Source: Propionibacteriaceae bacterium (GTDB lineage Bacteria > Actinomycetota > Actinomycetes > Propionibacteriales > Propionibacteriaceae). From it: a DNA stretch of 32,000 bases. The position numbers and the translations under genes are program-made. The stretch's first letter is position 1. Every line of letters starts with the position of its first letter. The stretch is from contig JAIRQE010000009.1 of assembly GCA_031256725.1 (NCBI GenBank), forward strand, positions 30,001 to 62,000, written 5' to 3'. Under the pieces are notes generated by a model. That model was not told the DNA's origin and did no database searches. It saw only the letters and a list, made by a program, of their open reading frames with translations. Below, piece by piece: positions 16,498-24,169 of this stretch.

Positions 16498-16619
16498 GTG
16501 TCAGGACTCATCTCAGGACACACCTCACAAAGTGAAATCTTTCTTGTCAATGTCTAGAACCTCAGGCGGCCTCTATGAGATAAAAGTGTGTCCTGAGATA
16601 CGGTCCTGACACCTGACAC
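16498..16619. promoter_or_regulatory. Long imperfect inverted repeat built from TCAGGAC/GTCCTGA heptamers in the divergent intergenic region
   Basis: The left arm at 16498-16523 reads GTGTCAGGACTCATCTCAGGACACAC. The right arm at 16586-16612 reads GTGTGTCCTGAGATACGGTCCTGACAC. The two arms are complementary over the outer 10 and inner 13 positions and differ only in a central 3-4 nt. Each arm holds two heptamers 12-13 bp apart. An extra CTGACAC copy lies at 16613-16619. Confidence 0.6.
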
Positions 16620-16675
16620 CCTGATTGTTGGGAGGAGGATCATCTTGAATTGACATCTCCCGTACACTGGTATCT

Positions 16676-16912
16676 ATGGGACGACTTTTGCCTGTGATAC
16701 TTGTGCTAGCTGCAACGATCTTCACGTTAGTTCATCTTGCCCAAGCTGATTCCAAGGGGGTACGTGTAGTCCCAAAGATACTGTGGCTTTTAATGATCCT
16801 CACCCTGCCTATTATTGGGATGACCGGGTGGTGGATCTTTGGTCGCCCGATTGAAGAGGATGTACCTCCAACCGCACCTGATGATGATCCTGATTTCTTG
16901 AGAAAACTCTGA
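16676..16912 (+). CDS. Small two-TM membrane protein, PLDc_N-like (PLD nuclease N-terminal domain family)
   Basis: The protein is 78 aa. 'LLPVILVLAATIFTLVHL' and 'ILWLLMILTLPIIGMTGWWIFGRP' match the short PLDc_N pattern. The tail is acidic. Confidence 0.6.
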   Translation: MGRLLPVILVLAATIFTLVHLAQADSKGVRVVPKILWLLMILTLPIIGMTGWWIFGRPIEEDVPPTAPDDDPDFLRKL

Positions 16913-16985
16913 TCCGAGATCCGTCGATTCAAGGTACTTGAGGCATCCGAAGGATCACCAGAAATCACTGTTTGTGTTGTTTCCC

Positions 16986-17393
16986 CTAGTCATTGCGCAC
17001 TGTTAGGGCCCAGGATTGATCACCTTCAACATAAGCTCCATGCCAGACCTCATTGCTGAACATGAGTGCACCAGAAGATTCTGAAGTAATCTCCCATCCC
17101 AAACCTGGCAGGGTTCCCCTGAGATAGGCTTCGATATCCTTCGCTTCTGAGATGATCCCTGTCACGATGAGAAGATTCCCCTGATCAGCGGTATAGGTCA
17201 GGGTTACATGATCAGGAATCCAGATCATTGACGCGGCTTCGTTGGTGAATCCTAGGCGAGCTAGGGACTCCCCGGTGTTGGGAAGACTCACCTGTACCGT
17301 GGGCGTAGGAGTCGGTTCCCCCATATTCCCCGCAGAACAGGAAGACAGCATCAGCGATCCAAGGATCACCACAGCAATTGTGCGAATCCTCAC
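16986..17393 (-). CDS. Putative lipoprotein (hypothetical)
   Basis: The lipobox 'LSSC' follows the hydrophobic 'RIRTIAVVILGSLML'. A GTG at 17393 is preceded by the SD AGGAAGGA about 6 nt upstream. The track start at 17483 would add 30 non-signal residues and overlap the divergent gene's start. Confidence 0.65.
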   Translation of the reverse strand: MRIRTIAVVILGSLMLSSCSAGNMGEPTPTPTVQVSLPNTGESLARLGFTNEAASMIWIPDHVTLTYTADQGNLLIVTGIISEAKDIEAYLRGTLPGLGWEITSESSGALMFSNEVWHGAYVEGDQSWALTVRND

Positions 17394-17482
17394 ATGAGTC
17401 CTTCCTATGCCCAACCAGGGAGCATTCCCAGCGTACCCCAGAGGTCTCCAGTAAGCTGTGCGGGTATCATAAGGAGACTGCA

Positions 17483-18451
17483 ATGAACCTGTTCGCCCTG
17501 ATTCGCGAGCCCATGCCTACCATCCGACCTACAGATCTACTCACTGAGGATCACCCCGATCGTTCCTATCCTCACAAGCATCCCGTACGCTCCTCGGCGT
17601 GGCTTCGTGGAGGATTGTTTATCCTACTCATGGTCGTAGGCACATTCATCTTCACATCGATCTATCAGGCAGTCAACGGGTCCTTCAATGTGAGTTTCAC
17701 TGCGAGTGCTGTCACCCAACTTCTTGCAGCAATAGCCGCCTATGCTGTGGTCTGCTTCATCACCGAATCGCGGGTATGGCCCCATGAGATCGCTCTGAAA
17801 CGACTTGGAGGACTCCTCAAGGGGATGTTGCTTGGTGTCCTTCTTGTTTCCCTGTCCATTGGTGTACTCGCGATTCTGGGAAACTACACCATCACTGGAT
17901 TCAACTCTGACTACTCCCCGTGGATGGATCTGCTGACACTGGGAGTGGTTGCTGCAATATCTGAGGAAATCATGTTGCGTGGGATCCTGTTCCGCCTTGT
18001 GGAAGAGGGATTAGGAAGCTGGGGTGCTGTACTCATCTCAGCCCTCGTCTTCGGTTTCATGCATATTCTCAACCCCGATGCCAGTCTGTGGGGAGCCATC
18101 GCTATCTCTATTGAAGCAGGTATCCTTTTCGCTGGACTCTACATCATCACCCGGTCTCTGTGGTGGTGCATCGGTATGCACTTTGCCTGGAATATGACCC
18201 TCGGCCCGGTCTTCGGGTCCATCGTTTCGGGTACTGGAGCCCAAGAAAGCTGGCTCGTCAGCCACTGGAGCGGTTCCGATCTTCTCACTGGAGGGATCTT
18301 CGGCCTTGAGGCCTCCATCATTCCTGTGATCCTCTTGGGTGCTCTAGGGATCTTCCTACTCATCTACGCCCACATCTCAGGTCTGATGACTGCCCCCATC
18401 TGGGTTCGCAAACAGACATTGAGCGGATCAACCTCGGGCGATCAAGCCTAA
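17483..18451 (+). CDS. CPBP-family intramembrane glutamic endopeptidase (CAAX/Abi-like)
   Basis: Motifs 'SEEIMLRGILF' (EExxxR) and 'FGFMHI' (FxxxH) are present, plus a later 'HFAWN', in a multi-TM protein. The ATG at 17483 has the SD AAGGAG 6 nt upstream. The track start at 17378 lacks support. Confidence 0.8.
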   Translation: MNLFALIREPMPTIRPTDLLTEDHPDRSYPHKHPVRSSAWLRGGLFILLMVVGTFIFTSIYQAVNGSFNVSFTASAVTQLLAAIAAYAVVCFITESRVWPHEIALKRLGGLLKGMLLGVLLVSLSIGVLAILGNYTITGFNSDYSPWMDLLTLGVVAAISEEIMLRGILFRLVEEGLGSWGAVLISALVFGFMHILNPDASLWGAIAISIEAGILFAGLYIITRSLWWCIGMHFAWNMTLGPVFGSIVSGTGAQESWLVSHWSGSDLLTGGIFGLEASIIPVILLGALGIFLLIYAHISGLMTAPIWVRKQTLSGSTSGDQA

Positions 18452-18895
18452 CCCGCGATCCGTCCATGTGAGTTCTCGCCTTCGCCCCTGGTTGGCACAG
18501 GTACCACAGTAGGCCCTGTACTTAGGTTTACGGTGCCTGAAGACTTCGTGCCCGCGTACACAGACTCCCTGCCATCGTGCTGAGATCCTGGCTTCGGGAA
18601 TTTCTATCGTACGACCCCCCACATATCCCAGGGATCTTGCCGTCTTCACCCATGTACGCCCATGGCCTTCGTGTACCCCTACGAGCCCGTGGGCAATCTC
18701 GTGGAGGATGATCTGCTCAACCTCGTCATCCGCCAAGTAGGCAATGAGATAGGTTGAACAAGTAATCTTCTTTTTTGTGTAATGGCAGCATCCCGCCCGG
18801 GTACGTGCATAGTCAAGCCCGAAAGACCATTGGGATCCAAGGTGCTGGGCAACAAGGGCCTCACCCCTAGCACGGGTGTACTCAGCAGTAGCCAC
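18428..18895 (-). CDS. SprT-like zinc metallopeptidase-domain protein
   Basis: The protein carries 'ILHEIAHGLVGVHEGHG' (HExxH) and a C-terminal Cys cluster 'CVRGH...CGTC'. The start is GTG. The 3' end overlaps the convergent CPBP gene by 24 nt. Confidence 0.75.
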   Translation of the reverse strand: MATAEYTRARGEALVAQHLGSQWSFGLDYARTRAGCCHYTKKKITCSTYLIAYLADDEVEQIILHEIAHGLVGVHEGHGRTWVKTARSLGYVGGRTIEIPEARISARWQGVCVRGHEVFRHRKPKYRAYCGTCANQGRRRELTWTDRGLGLIARG

Positions 18896-18902
18896 AGCAA
18901 TC

Positions 18903-19337
18903 TCAGGCAGTGGCAGCGATGTGCGCCAGGGCGTAATCGTATCCAGCCAGACCCATCCCAGCGATCACACCCTGGGTCACTGCAGAGATCACTGAATGGT
19001 GACGGAACTCCTCGCGAGCATGAATATTCGAGATGTGTACCTCAACCAGAAACCCAACTTCACGGGCAGCATCAGCAATGGCATGGGAATAATGAGACCA
19101 AGCCCCCGGATTGATGACCACCGGAATCGACTCATCGGCTGCTTCATGAAGCCAGGAAATCAGCTCAGCTTCAGAATCTGTTTGGCGTACCTCAACTGCG
19201 AGGCCAAGACCCTCGCCAGTGCCAACCAGGTGTTCAGCCAAATGGGCATGGGTGAGCGAACCATAGACGTCGGGATCGCGTACACCTAGACGACCCAGGT
19301 TAACCCCATTGAGTACAAAAACCCTCTTCACTTCCAC
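18903..19337 (-). CDS. aroQ: Type II 3-dehydroquinate dehydratase
   Basis: The protein is 144 aa. 'VLNGVNLGRLGVRDPDVYG' and 'HISNIHAREEFRHHSV' are signature regions for type II DHQase. The start is a GTG at 19337 or 19331. Confidence 0.9.
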   Translation of the reverse strand: MEVKRVFVLNGVNLGRLGVRDPDVYGSLTHAHLAEHLVGTGEGLGLAVEVRQTDSEAELISWLHEAADESIPVVINPGAWSHYSHAIADAAREVGFLVEVHISNIHAREEFRHHSVISAVTQGVIAGMGLAGYDYALAHIAATA

Positions 19338-19352
19338 ATCCTTCCATCGACC

Positions 19353-20339
19353 CTATTCTTTCATGGTGGCAAGTCCAACATAGGCTGCGGCATAGAGTCC
19401 TTGGTACAACAGCCCCGCATAGCGGACAATGGGGTTCTCATGAGAGAAGGTGATCCTCTCAACCCGCAGGCTTCTCCCCTCAGCCAATCGCGCAAGATCC
19501 ATCGTACCCACTGAAGACTCCCCATCGTCGAGAACCAACAGACAGAAATCAGTCTTGACCGTGGCCTGTTCAAAGGGGTCAGCAAAAACATCATGAGGGT
19601 GTGCGGCCTGAATCAGTGGAGCCAGCGCAGCATCATCAGCAGCCAAAGCGGGCAGTCCTGTTGCCTCACGTAGGGCTTCCGCGACTCGGCGTGAGGCTCG
19701 TGCAGCCAAGGTGGATGCCCCCCACACAAGGGGTACAGCATCAGCAAGCGCACACGACAGATTCTTGGCTGGATTGGTTTCAAGTCCGTGACGAGGACCC
19801 GAGATCTCTGCCACCTCATCAAGGGTGTCTGCAACGAGATTCAAATCCAGGGCAGGACCCAATCCAAGAAGATCCAAAACCTTGAGGGCTAGGAGTGCAG
19901 CAAGGAAGGGATCCTCATCGTGGGTGACGAGTTTCGGTACTGCGGTGGCTTCGATCACAGCCTTGGAATCCTGAGGGGCCACCATGAAAATCATTGACCC
20001 CCTCCGCATTGCCTCACGGGAGAGGGGTATCCATCGCGAATCAGGACCTGTTAAGACGATGACCATGTCGAGGGGACCAGTCCACGCGGGAAGGGTTTCC
20101 ATCTGCCAGGCTACGCATGGTACAGGGCTCCCACACTCAACAATCGCACGAATAAGCCTTGATTCAGCCCCGATCACCAGGATTGTACGGGGCTGAAGCC
20201 CCCCAAGTTTGGCCACAATTGTTGCCATCTCTTCGGAGCGTTCACAACGCAAACGGGCTCCCGTTAGAGCAAGTTTGTGTACCAGATCCCCTCTGACGCT
20301 GAGAGCCAAAGGATCATCCAGTAGGGAATCGTCGAACAT
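19353..20339 (-). CDS. SIS-like phosphosugar isomerase-family protein (Rv3256c-like conserved hypothetical)
   Basis: The protein is 328 aa. Its position directly downstream of phosphomannomutase/Trm112 matches the actinobacterial Rv3256c slot. The composition is Ala/Leu-rich. I verified no catalytic motif, so the call rests mostly on synteny. Confidence 0.45.
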   Translation of the reverse strand: MFDDSLLDDPLALSVRGDLVHKLALTGARLRCERSEEMATIVAKLGGLQPRTILVIGAESRLIRAIVECGSPVPCVAWQMETLPAWTGPLDMVIVLTGPDSRWIPLSREAMRRGSMIFMVAPQDSKAVIEATAVPKLVTHDEDPFLAALLALKVLDLLGLGPALDLNLVADTLDEVAEISGPRHGLETNPAKNLSCALADAVPLVWGASTLAARASRRVAEALREATGLPALAADDAALAPLIQAAHPHDVFADPFEQATVKTDFCLLVLDDGESSVGTMDLARLAEGRSLRVERITFSHENPIVRYAGLLYQGLYAAAYVGLATMKE

Positions 20340-20357
20340 CGAGCCCCCTTCAGTGAC

Positions 20358-20561
20358 CTAGTTGAACCCTCGCGAAGGCCTCGTATCGCGAGCCTCATCG
20401 ACCAGCATGATCGGGATATTCTCGCGGATAGGATAGGCCAAGGCACAGGATTGAGAAGCACAAATGAGCTCCTTTGCCTCGTAGTCCACACTGAGATTCG
20501 AGTGGCAGGCCGGGCAGGCCAGTATTCCCAACAGTGTCGGGTCTAGTTCCAGAGCCATCAT
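20358..20561 (-). CDS. Trm112-family small zinc-ribbon protein
   Basis: The protein is 67 aa. 'LLGILACPACHSNL...LICASQSCALAYPIRENIPIMLVDEA' is the classic Trm112/DUF343 pattern. The start forms ATGA with the phosphomannomutase stop (20558-20561). Confidence 0.8.
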   Translation of the reverse strand: MMALELDPTLLGILACPACHSNLSVDYEAKELICASQSCALAYPIRENIPIMLVDEARDTRPSRGFN

Positions 20562-21919
20562 TCCTCCTTGAGAAGAAAGAGTACTTCATCACGCAGCTTT
20601 GCCATAAGTTCGCTACTGCGCGCCTCCACATTGAGTCGTACCAGGGGTTCAGTATTGGAAGAACGTACACACAGACACCATTGGTCGCCACGAATCTTGA
20701 GGCCATCGTTAGTGTGTACCTCTGCGTTCCTACCGAAGGCTTCCGCAACCTTAATGATCGCTCGTTCAGGCTCATGTACTGTCATGTTGATCTCGCCAGA
20801 AGCCTCGTACCGGGAATAGGAATCCACGATCTCGGAGAGGGGTTTATCGGTCTTTCCTACTTCCGCTAATACATGGAGGGCTGCCAACATCCCCGTATCG
20901 GCACCAAAGAAATCCCGGAAATAGTAGTGGGCTGAATGCTCCCCACCGAAGATGGCATTGGATTCAGCCATGAGCGCCTTAATGTAGGTATGCCCCACCC
21001 TGGATTCGATGACCGTACCACCGTGCTCCTTGATGATTTCGTGTACCGCCTCAGAGATGGTTGTGTTGACGATAACTGTCGCACCAGGCTCCTTATCCAA
21101 AAGACGTACCGAGATCATGGCCGTGATCACTGAAGGGGAAACAACCTGGCCACGTTCGTCAATGACGAAGACCCTGTCTGCATCCCCATCGAAGACGAGG
21201 GCAAGATCTGCCCCGTGTGCGACCACCGCCTGTTGGGCATCAACGAGGTTCTGCGGTTCTAGAGGGTTGGGTTGATGGTTGGGGAAGGTACCATCGAGGT
21301 CCATGAAGAGCCCCACGAGCTCAATATCAAGCTTGGAGAGTACGGCCCTTGACGAGAGTCCACCCATACCATTACCAGCATCAATAACCACCTTCATGTG
21401 CCTCTTACCTGTCATGTTGACATGCTTGAGCAGGTAGTCCGCATAGCTCTCGCCGATATCATGATGGTGAACTGAAGCTGGGTTTGCGACCTTAGTGACG
21501 TGATGCTCACCAGAATCAATAGCTTGAGCCAAGTGTGCGAGTTCCTTAAGGAACAGCGGTGTCACCGGCTTCGCCCCAGGCATACACATTTTTAGGCCAT
21601 TGTAGATACTCGTGTTGTGACTTGAGGTGATCTGTACCCCTGGCAAGTCCATGAGTCCTGAGGCGAACCACAGTTCATCGGTTGAAGCCAGGCCAAGATC
21701 GACTACAGATGTCCCCGTGTCGACAACACCGCAAAGAAAGGATGACAGGATTTCGGGACTGGAGACTCTCATGTCCCGACTCACGACGATCTTTTTCTGA
21801 GGAATCAGCAGTGCGAAGGCGCACCCCAGACTATAGGCCCCCGCCATGTCCCATTCAGTGCCGACAATCCCCCGAATGTCGTTCGCTTTGAAGATTTGAG
21901 ATTTCAGCACATACCCCAC
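20558..21919 (-). CDS. manB: Phosphomannomutase/phosphoglucomutase (alpha-D-phosphohexomutase)
   Basis: The protein is 453 aa. It has 'FKANDIRG', the phosphoserine loop 'ITSSHNTSIYNGLK' (Thr where Pro is usual in SHNP), the metal loop 'FDGDADR' and 'GGEHSAH'. The start is GTG. Confidence 0.9.
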   Translation of the reverse strand: MGYVLKSQIFKANDIRGIVGTEWDMAGAYSLGCAFALLIPQKKIVVSRDMRVSSPEILSSFLCGVVDTGTSVVDLGLASTDELWFASGLMDLPGVQITSSHNTSIYNGLKMCMPGAKPVTPLFLKELAHLAQAIDSGEHHVTKVANPASVHHHDIGESYADYLLKHVNMTGKRHMKVVIDAGNGMGGLSSRAVLSKLDIELVGLFMDLDGTFPNHQPNPLEPQNLVDAQQAVVAHGADLALVFDGDADRVFVIDERGQVVSPSVITAMISVRLLDKEPGATVIVNTTISEAVHEIIKEHGGTVIESRVGHTYIKALMAESNAIFGGEHSAHYYFRDFFGADTGMLAALHVLAEVGKTDKPLSEIVDSYSRYEASGEINMTVHEPERAIIKVAEAFGRNAEVHTNDGLKIRGDQWCLCVRSSNTEPLVRLNVEARSSELMAKLRDEVLFLLKEE

Positions 21920-21975
21920 CTTAGTGGGTTTGGGAGGGAATTGTGAGAGTTTTGGCTAGTAAAAGCTTGGTTGGA

Positions 21976-22386
21976 TCACCGACTGGAATGCCCCTGAGAG
22001 TCTGCAACGACCCGCAAATGTGCTCGTGAGGCCATGATCACGAGGTTGGTTCGAGATGAGAGACTGTACTCTGTACCCTCTGGTTCACCCTCGCCTAAGC
22101 CGCCAACTCGGCGTATCTCAGCAGCTAAGGCCTCGATAGCCTCACCAGAGTTTGGCACAGGGGCTGGAGCGGGTCTGTACGGGTTTTTTGCAGGGATCCC
22201 TCGGGTAGTGAGGGTCCATCCTCGCGGAGGCTTGAATCGGGTCATATGGACCTGACACAGTACGTAGCCGCTTGGATCCAGTTCATGACCGACAGGGGCC
22301 ATCTCAACCTCGGACTGGGAATATGAGAAAGTCACCTGGGCGATTGCAACATTGGTACATCCAGGTCGCGAACACGGGAATGACAC
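21976..22386 (-). CDS. DUF3499-family protein (Rv3258c-like)
   Basis: 'CSRPGCTNVAIAQVTFSY...LCQVHMTRFKPPRGWTL' matches the DUF3499 pattern. The start is GTG. Its position between pmm and the Rv3259-like gene matches actinobacterial synteny. Confidence 0.75.
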   Translation of the reverse strand: MSFPCSRPGCTNVAIAQVTFSYSQSEVEMAPVGHELDPSGYVLCQVHMTRFKPPRGWTLTTRGIPAKNPYRPAPAPVPNSGEAIEALAAEIRRVGGLGEGEPEGTEYSLSSRTNLVIMASRAHLRVVADSQGHSSR

Positions 22387-22464
22387 ACCTCAACCCTACC
22401 GATAGTCCCAGGATGTGATGCGAAGGAACACTGGGAAAGGTGGAACTCGCGTACACTTGTTTCC

Positions 22465-22887
22465 ATGCGTGATCGTCATCGTCGGGGTATGAGAGGCATG
22501 CTTGCTCCCCCCAATTGCATCGCAGGACAGATGCTTCGCCTGCGACGTCCCACGCTACCCACCCCTTTGTTTTTCCACTATGTGGCTGAGGCGATTGAAG
22601 CCATCGATAGTGCTGTTCCTGATGTACTCAACCACCTCGAAATCGGGGTTGAGGAGGTACCCGATGTCTCTGCCTTATGGAGTAGCCATATGCCCCTTGC
22701 GGCCTCAGTGGAAGCAACAAAGGATCATCTTGCGCAAATCATCATCTATCGTCGCCCCATAGAGTTTCGTGCTGGCGATTCAGACCAACTCAAGCAACTC
22801 ATCTTTGTGGCCCTGGTTGAGCAGGTTGCTGCCTCAACAGGCCACAGTGTGGCCACGTTGGACCCAGACAATATACGCGGGGAATAG
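22465..22887 (+). CDS. Rv3259-like conserved protein (family usually annotated as zincin-like metallopeptidase)
   Basis: The protein is 140 aa. 'RHRRGMRGMLAPP', 'LEIGVEEVPD' and 'IIIYRRPIEFRA...LIFVALVEQVA' resemble the Rv3259 family as I recall it. No HExxH motif is visible. It is divergent from the DUF3499 gene, as in mycobacteria. Confidence 0.55.
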   Translation: MRDRHRRGMRGMLAPPNCIAGQMLRLRRPTLPTPLFFHYVAEAIEAIDSAVPDVLNHLEIGVEEVPDVSALWSSHMPLAASVEATKDHLAQIIIYRRPIEFRAGDSDQLKQLIFVALVEQVAASTGHSVATLDPDNIRGE

Positions 22888-22888
22888 A

Positions 22889-24169
22889 TCAGCCAAGACC
22901 AGGATCCAACTGGGGTACATCCACACTTGAGATAATACCTCCCCCATAAATGGGCAGGATGGACCATGCCTTGTCAGTCAAAGTCAAAGATGTTCTCAAA
23001 GAATCTGAGGTAGTCGCTATTCGCACAGAGATCCCTGTGGAAGGAAACTCAATGGGTACAAGGGACTGAGCAGGAATCGGCGTCTCAATCACAAGACCAG
23101 TCCCCGATTCCGTCATTGAATGCAAGGAGACTGTGGCCTCCTCCAATCCAGGATTAGCCACCCATAGAATTCCACCAATGGGAGGAAGGACAACCTCCCC
23201 ATGGAGTGCAGGTTGAGAAGACAGACCAGCAATATCGCGATCCGCAACAGTGATAGAAGCTGTCACAGGAAGATCTGAACTCAGATGAATCCCGGAGGGC
23301 TGACCCCCCAATGCCTGGGTCATATCCACTGAGATTGATCGCGAAGGCGGGATCTCAATAGTTTCCAATCCATGGGGTGTGAAGGGGCCCATTTCACCAA
23401 TGATTCCTACAGTAACCGTGGCCTGAGCCGAGGAATCGGGGTTCGTCAAAGAGAGGGTACGTGTACCTGATCCCCCAGGAATCCCGACCATGACCAGATC
23501 TGTATCAGCAAGGGCCTGAGGATGCTGCCAGTCGGCTCCCTGATCGTTAATGGAACGCAAAATTGCGGAAACTCGACCCTTTGAGGCTCTCACCTGAATA
23601 CTGATCGGTGTTTCGGAGGACAAGAGTTGGTTGATGGACAGAACCTGTTCATAGCCTGCTGCTACAGGAATATCGCGCAAACCGGGAAGGGCGATCGGAC
23701 CTGTTTGCCCGAAGATGAAAACATCAACAACAGCTGGAGTGGAGTCAATATTTGAGAATATCAGAGCAGAATCCATCCCCTGGGTTTCAACGCCATTCCA
23801 GGTACCCGTGGTGATGGGAGAGGCGCAGGGAGCCATCATGATCTTCCCTACTTCTGTATAGGAGGCAATTCCACCAACAGTTGCTGATCCACGTACCACA
23901 ACCGGTTTTGCTGGATTCTCCACAGAGGCACTCGTGGTGGGCTCGGATGGAAGGGCGTTGACCAATCCAACCCGGAAAACCTCGGTATCAGTGACCTTGA
24001 CCACCGTCTCACCCAGATTGACCACCCCCACTGGACAGGCTAACAACCTGGATACAGGCAGTGCGATCTGTCGAACTGCTGGCTGAGGAATAGGTACGAG
24101 GATGGCGGTAACGAGTGCGCCAAGAATCACAACTATGCCGCCAATGAATCCGACTCTGGGGATCATCAT
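22889..24169 (-). CDS. N-terminally membrane-anchored extracytoplasmic protein, DUF5719-like
   Basis: The protein is 426 aa with an N-terminal TM helix 'FIGGIVVILGALVTAILV'. The remainder is Ser/Thr/Gly/Val-rich and beta-like. The start forms ATGA with the GT2 stop (24166-24169). The family call rests on its recurrent pairing with the large GT2 gene and is not verified. Confidence 0.5.
   Translation of the reverse strand: MMIPRVGFIGGIVVILGALVTAILVPIPQPAVRQIALPVSRLLACPVGVVNLGETVVKVTDTEVFRVGLVNALPSEPTTSASVENPAKPVVVRGSATVGGIASYTEVGKIMMAPCASPITTGTWNGVETQGMDSALIFSNIDSTPAVVDVFIFGQTGPIALPGLRDIPVAAGYEQVLSINQLLSSETPISIQVRASKGRVSAILRSINDQGADWQHPQALADTDLVMVGIPGGSGTRTLSLTNPDSSAQATVTVGIIGEMGPFTPHGLETIEIPPSRSISVDMTQALGGQPSGIHLSSDLPVTASITVADRDIAGLSSQPALHGEVVLPPIGGILWVANPGLEEATVSLHSMTESGTGLVIETPIPAQSLVPIEFPSTGISVRIATTSDSLRTSLTLTDKAWSILPIYGGGIISSVDVPQLDPGLG

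Noticed and set aside
16630-16650. A strong SD-like GGAGGAGGA is followed by TTG-AAT-TGA, which could be a 'start-stop' mini-uORF upstream of the 78-aa membrane-protein gene.
   Set aside because: It spans only two codons, with a non-ATG start and no way to assess conservation. It could be chance in a purine-rich stretch. It is too far (about 37 nt) to serve the ATG at 16676.
17378-17483. The long starts offered by the track for the divergent pair (CPBP at 17378, lipoprotein at 17483) would make the two genes overlap head-to-head by about 100 nt.
   Set aside because: Internal starts with good SDs exist: AAGGAG then ATG at 17483, and AGGAAGGA then GTG at 17393. They give a sensible signal peptide with lipobox and leave a 90-bp divergent promoter gap.
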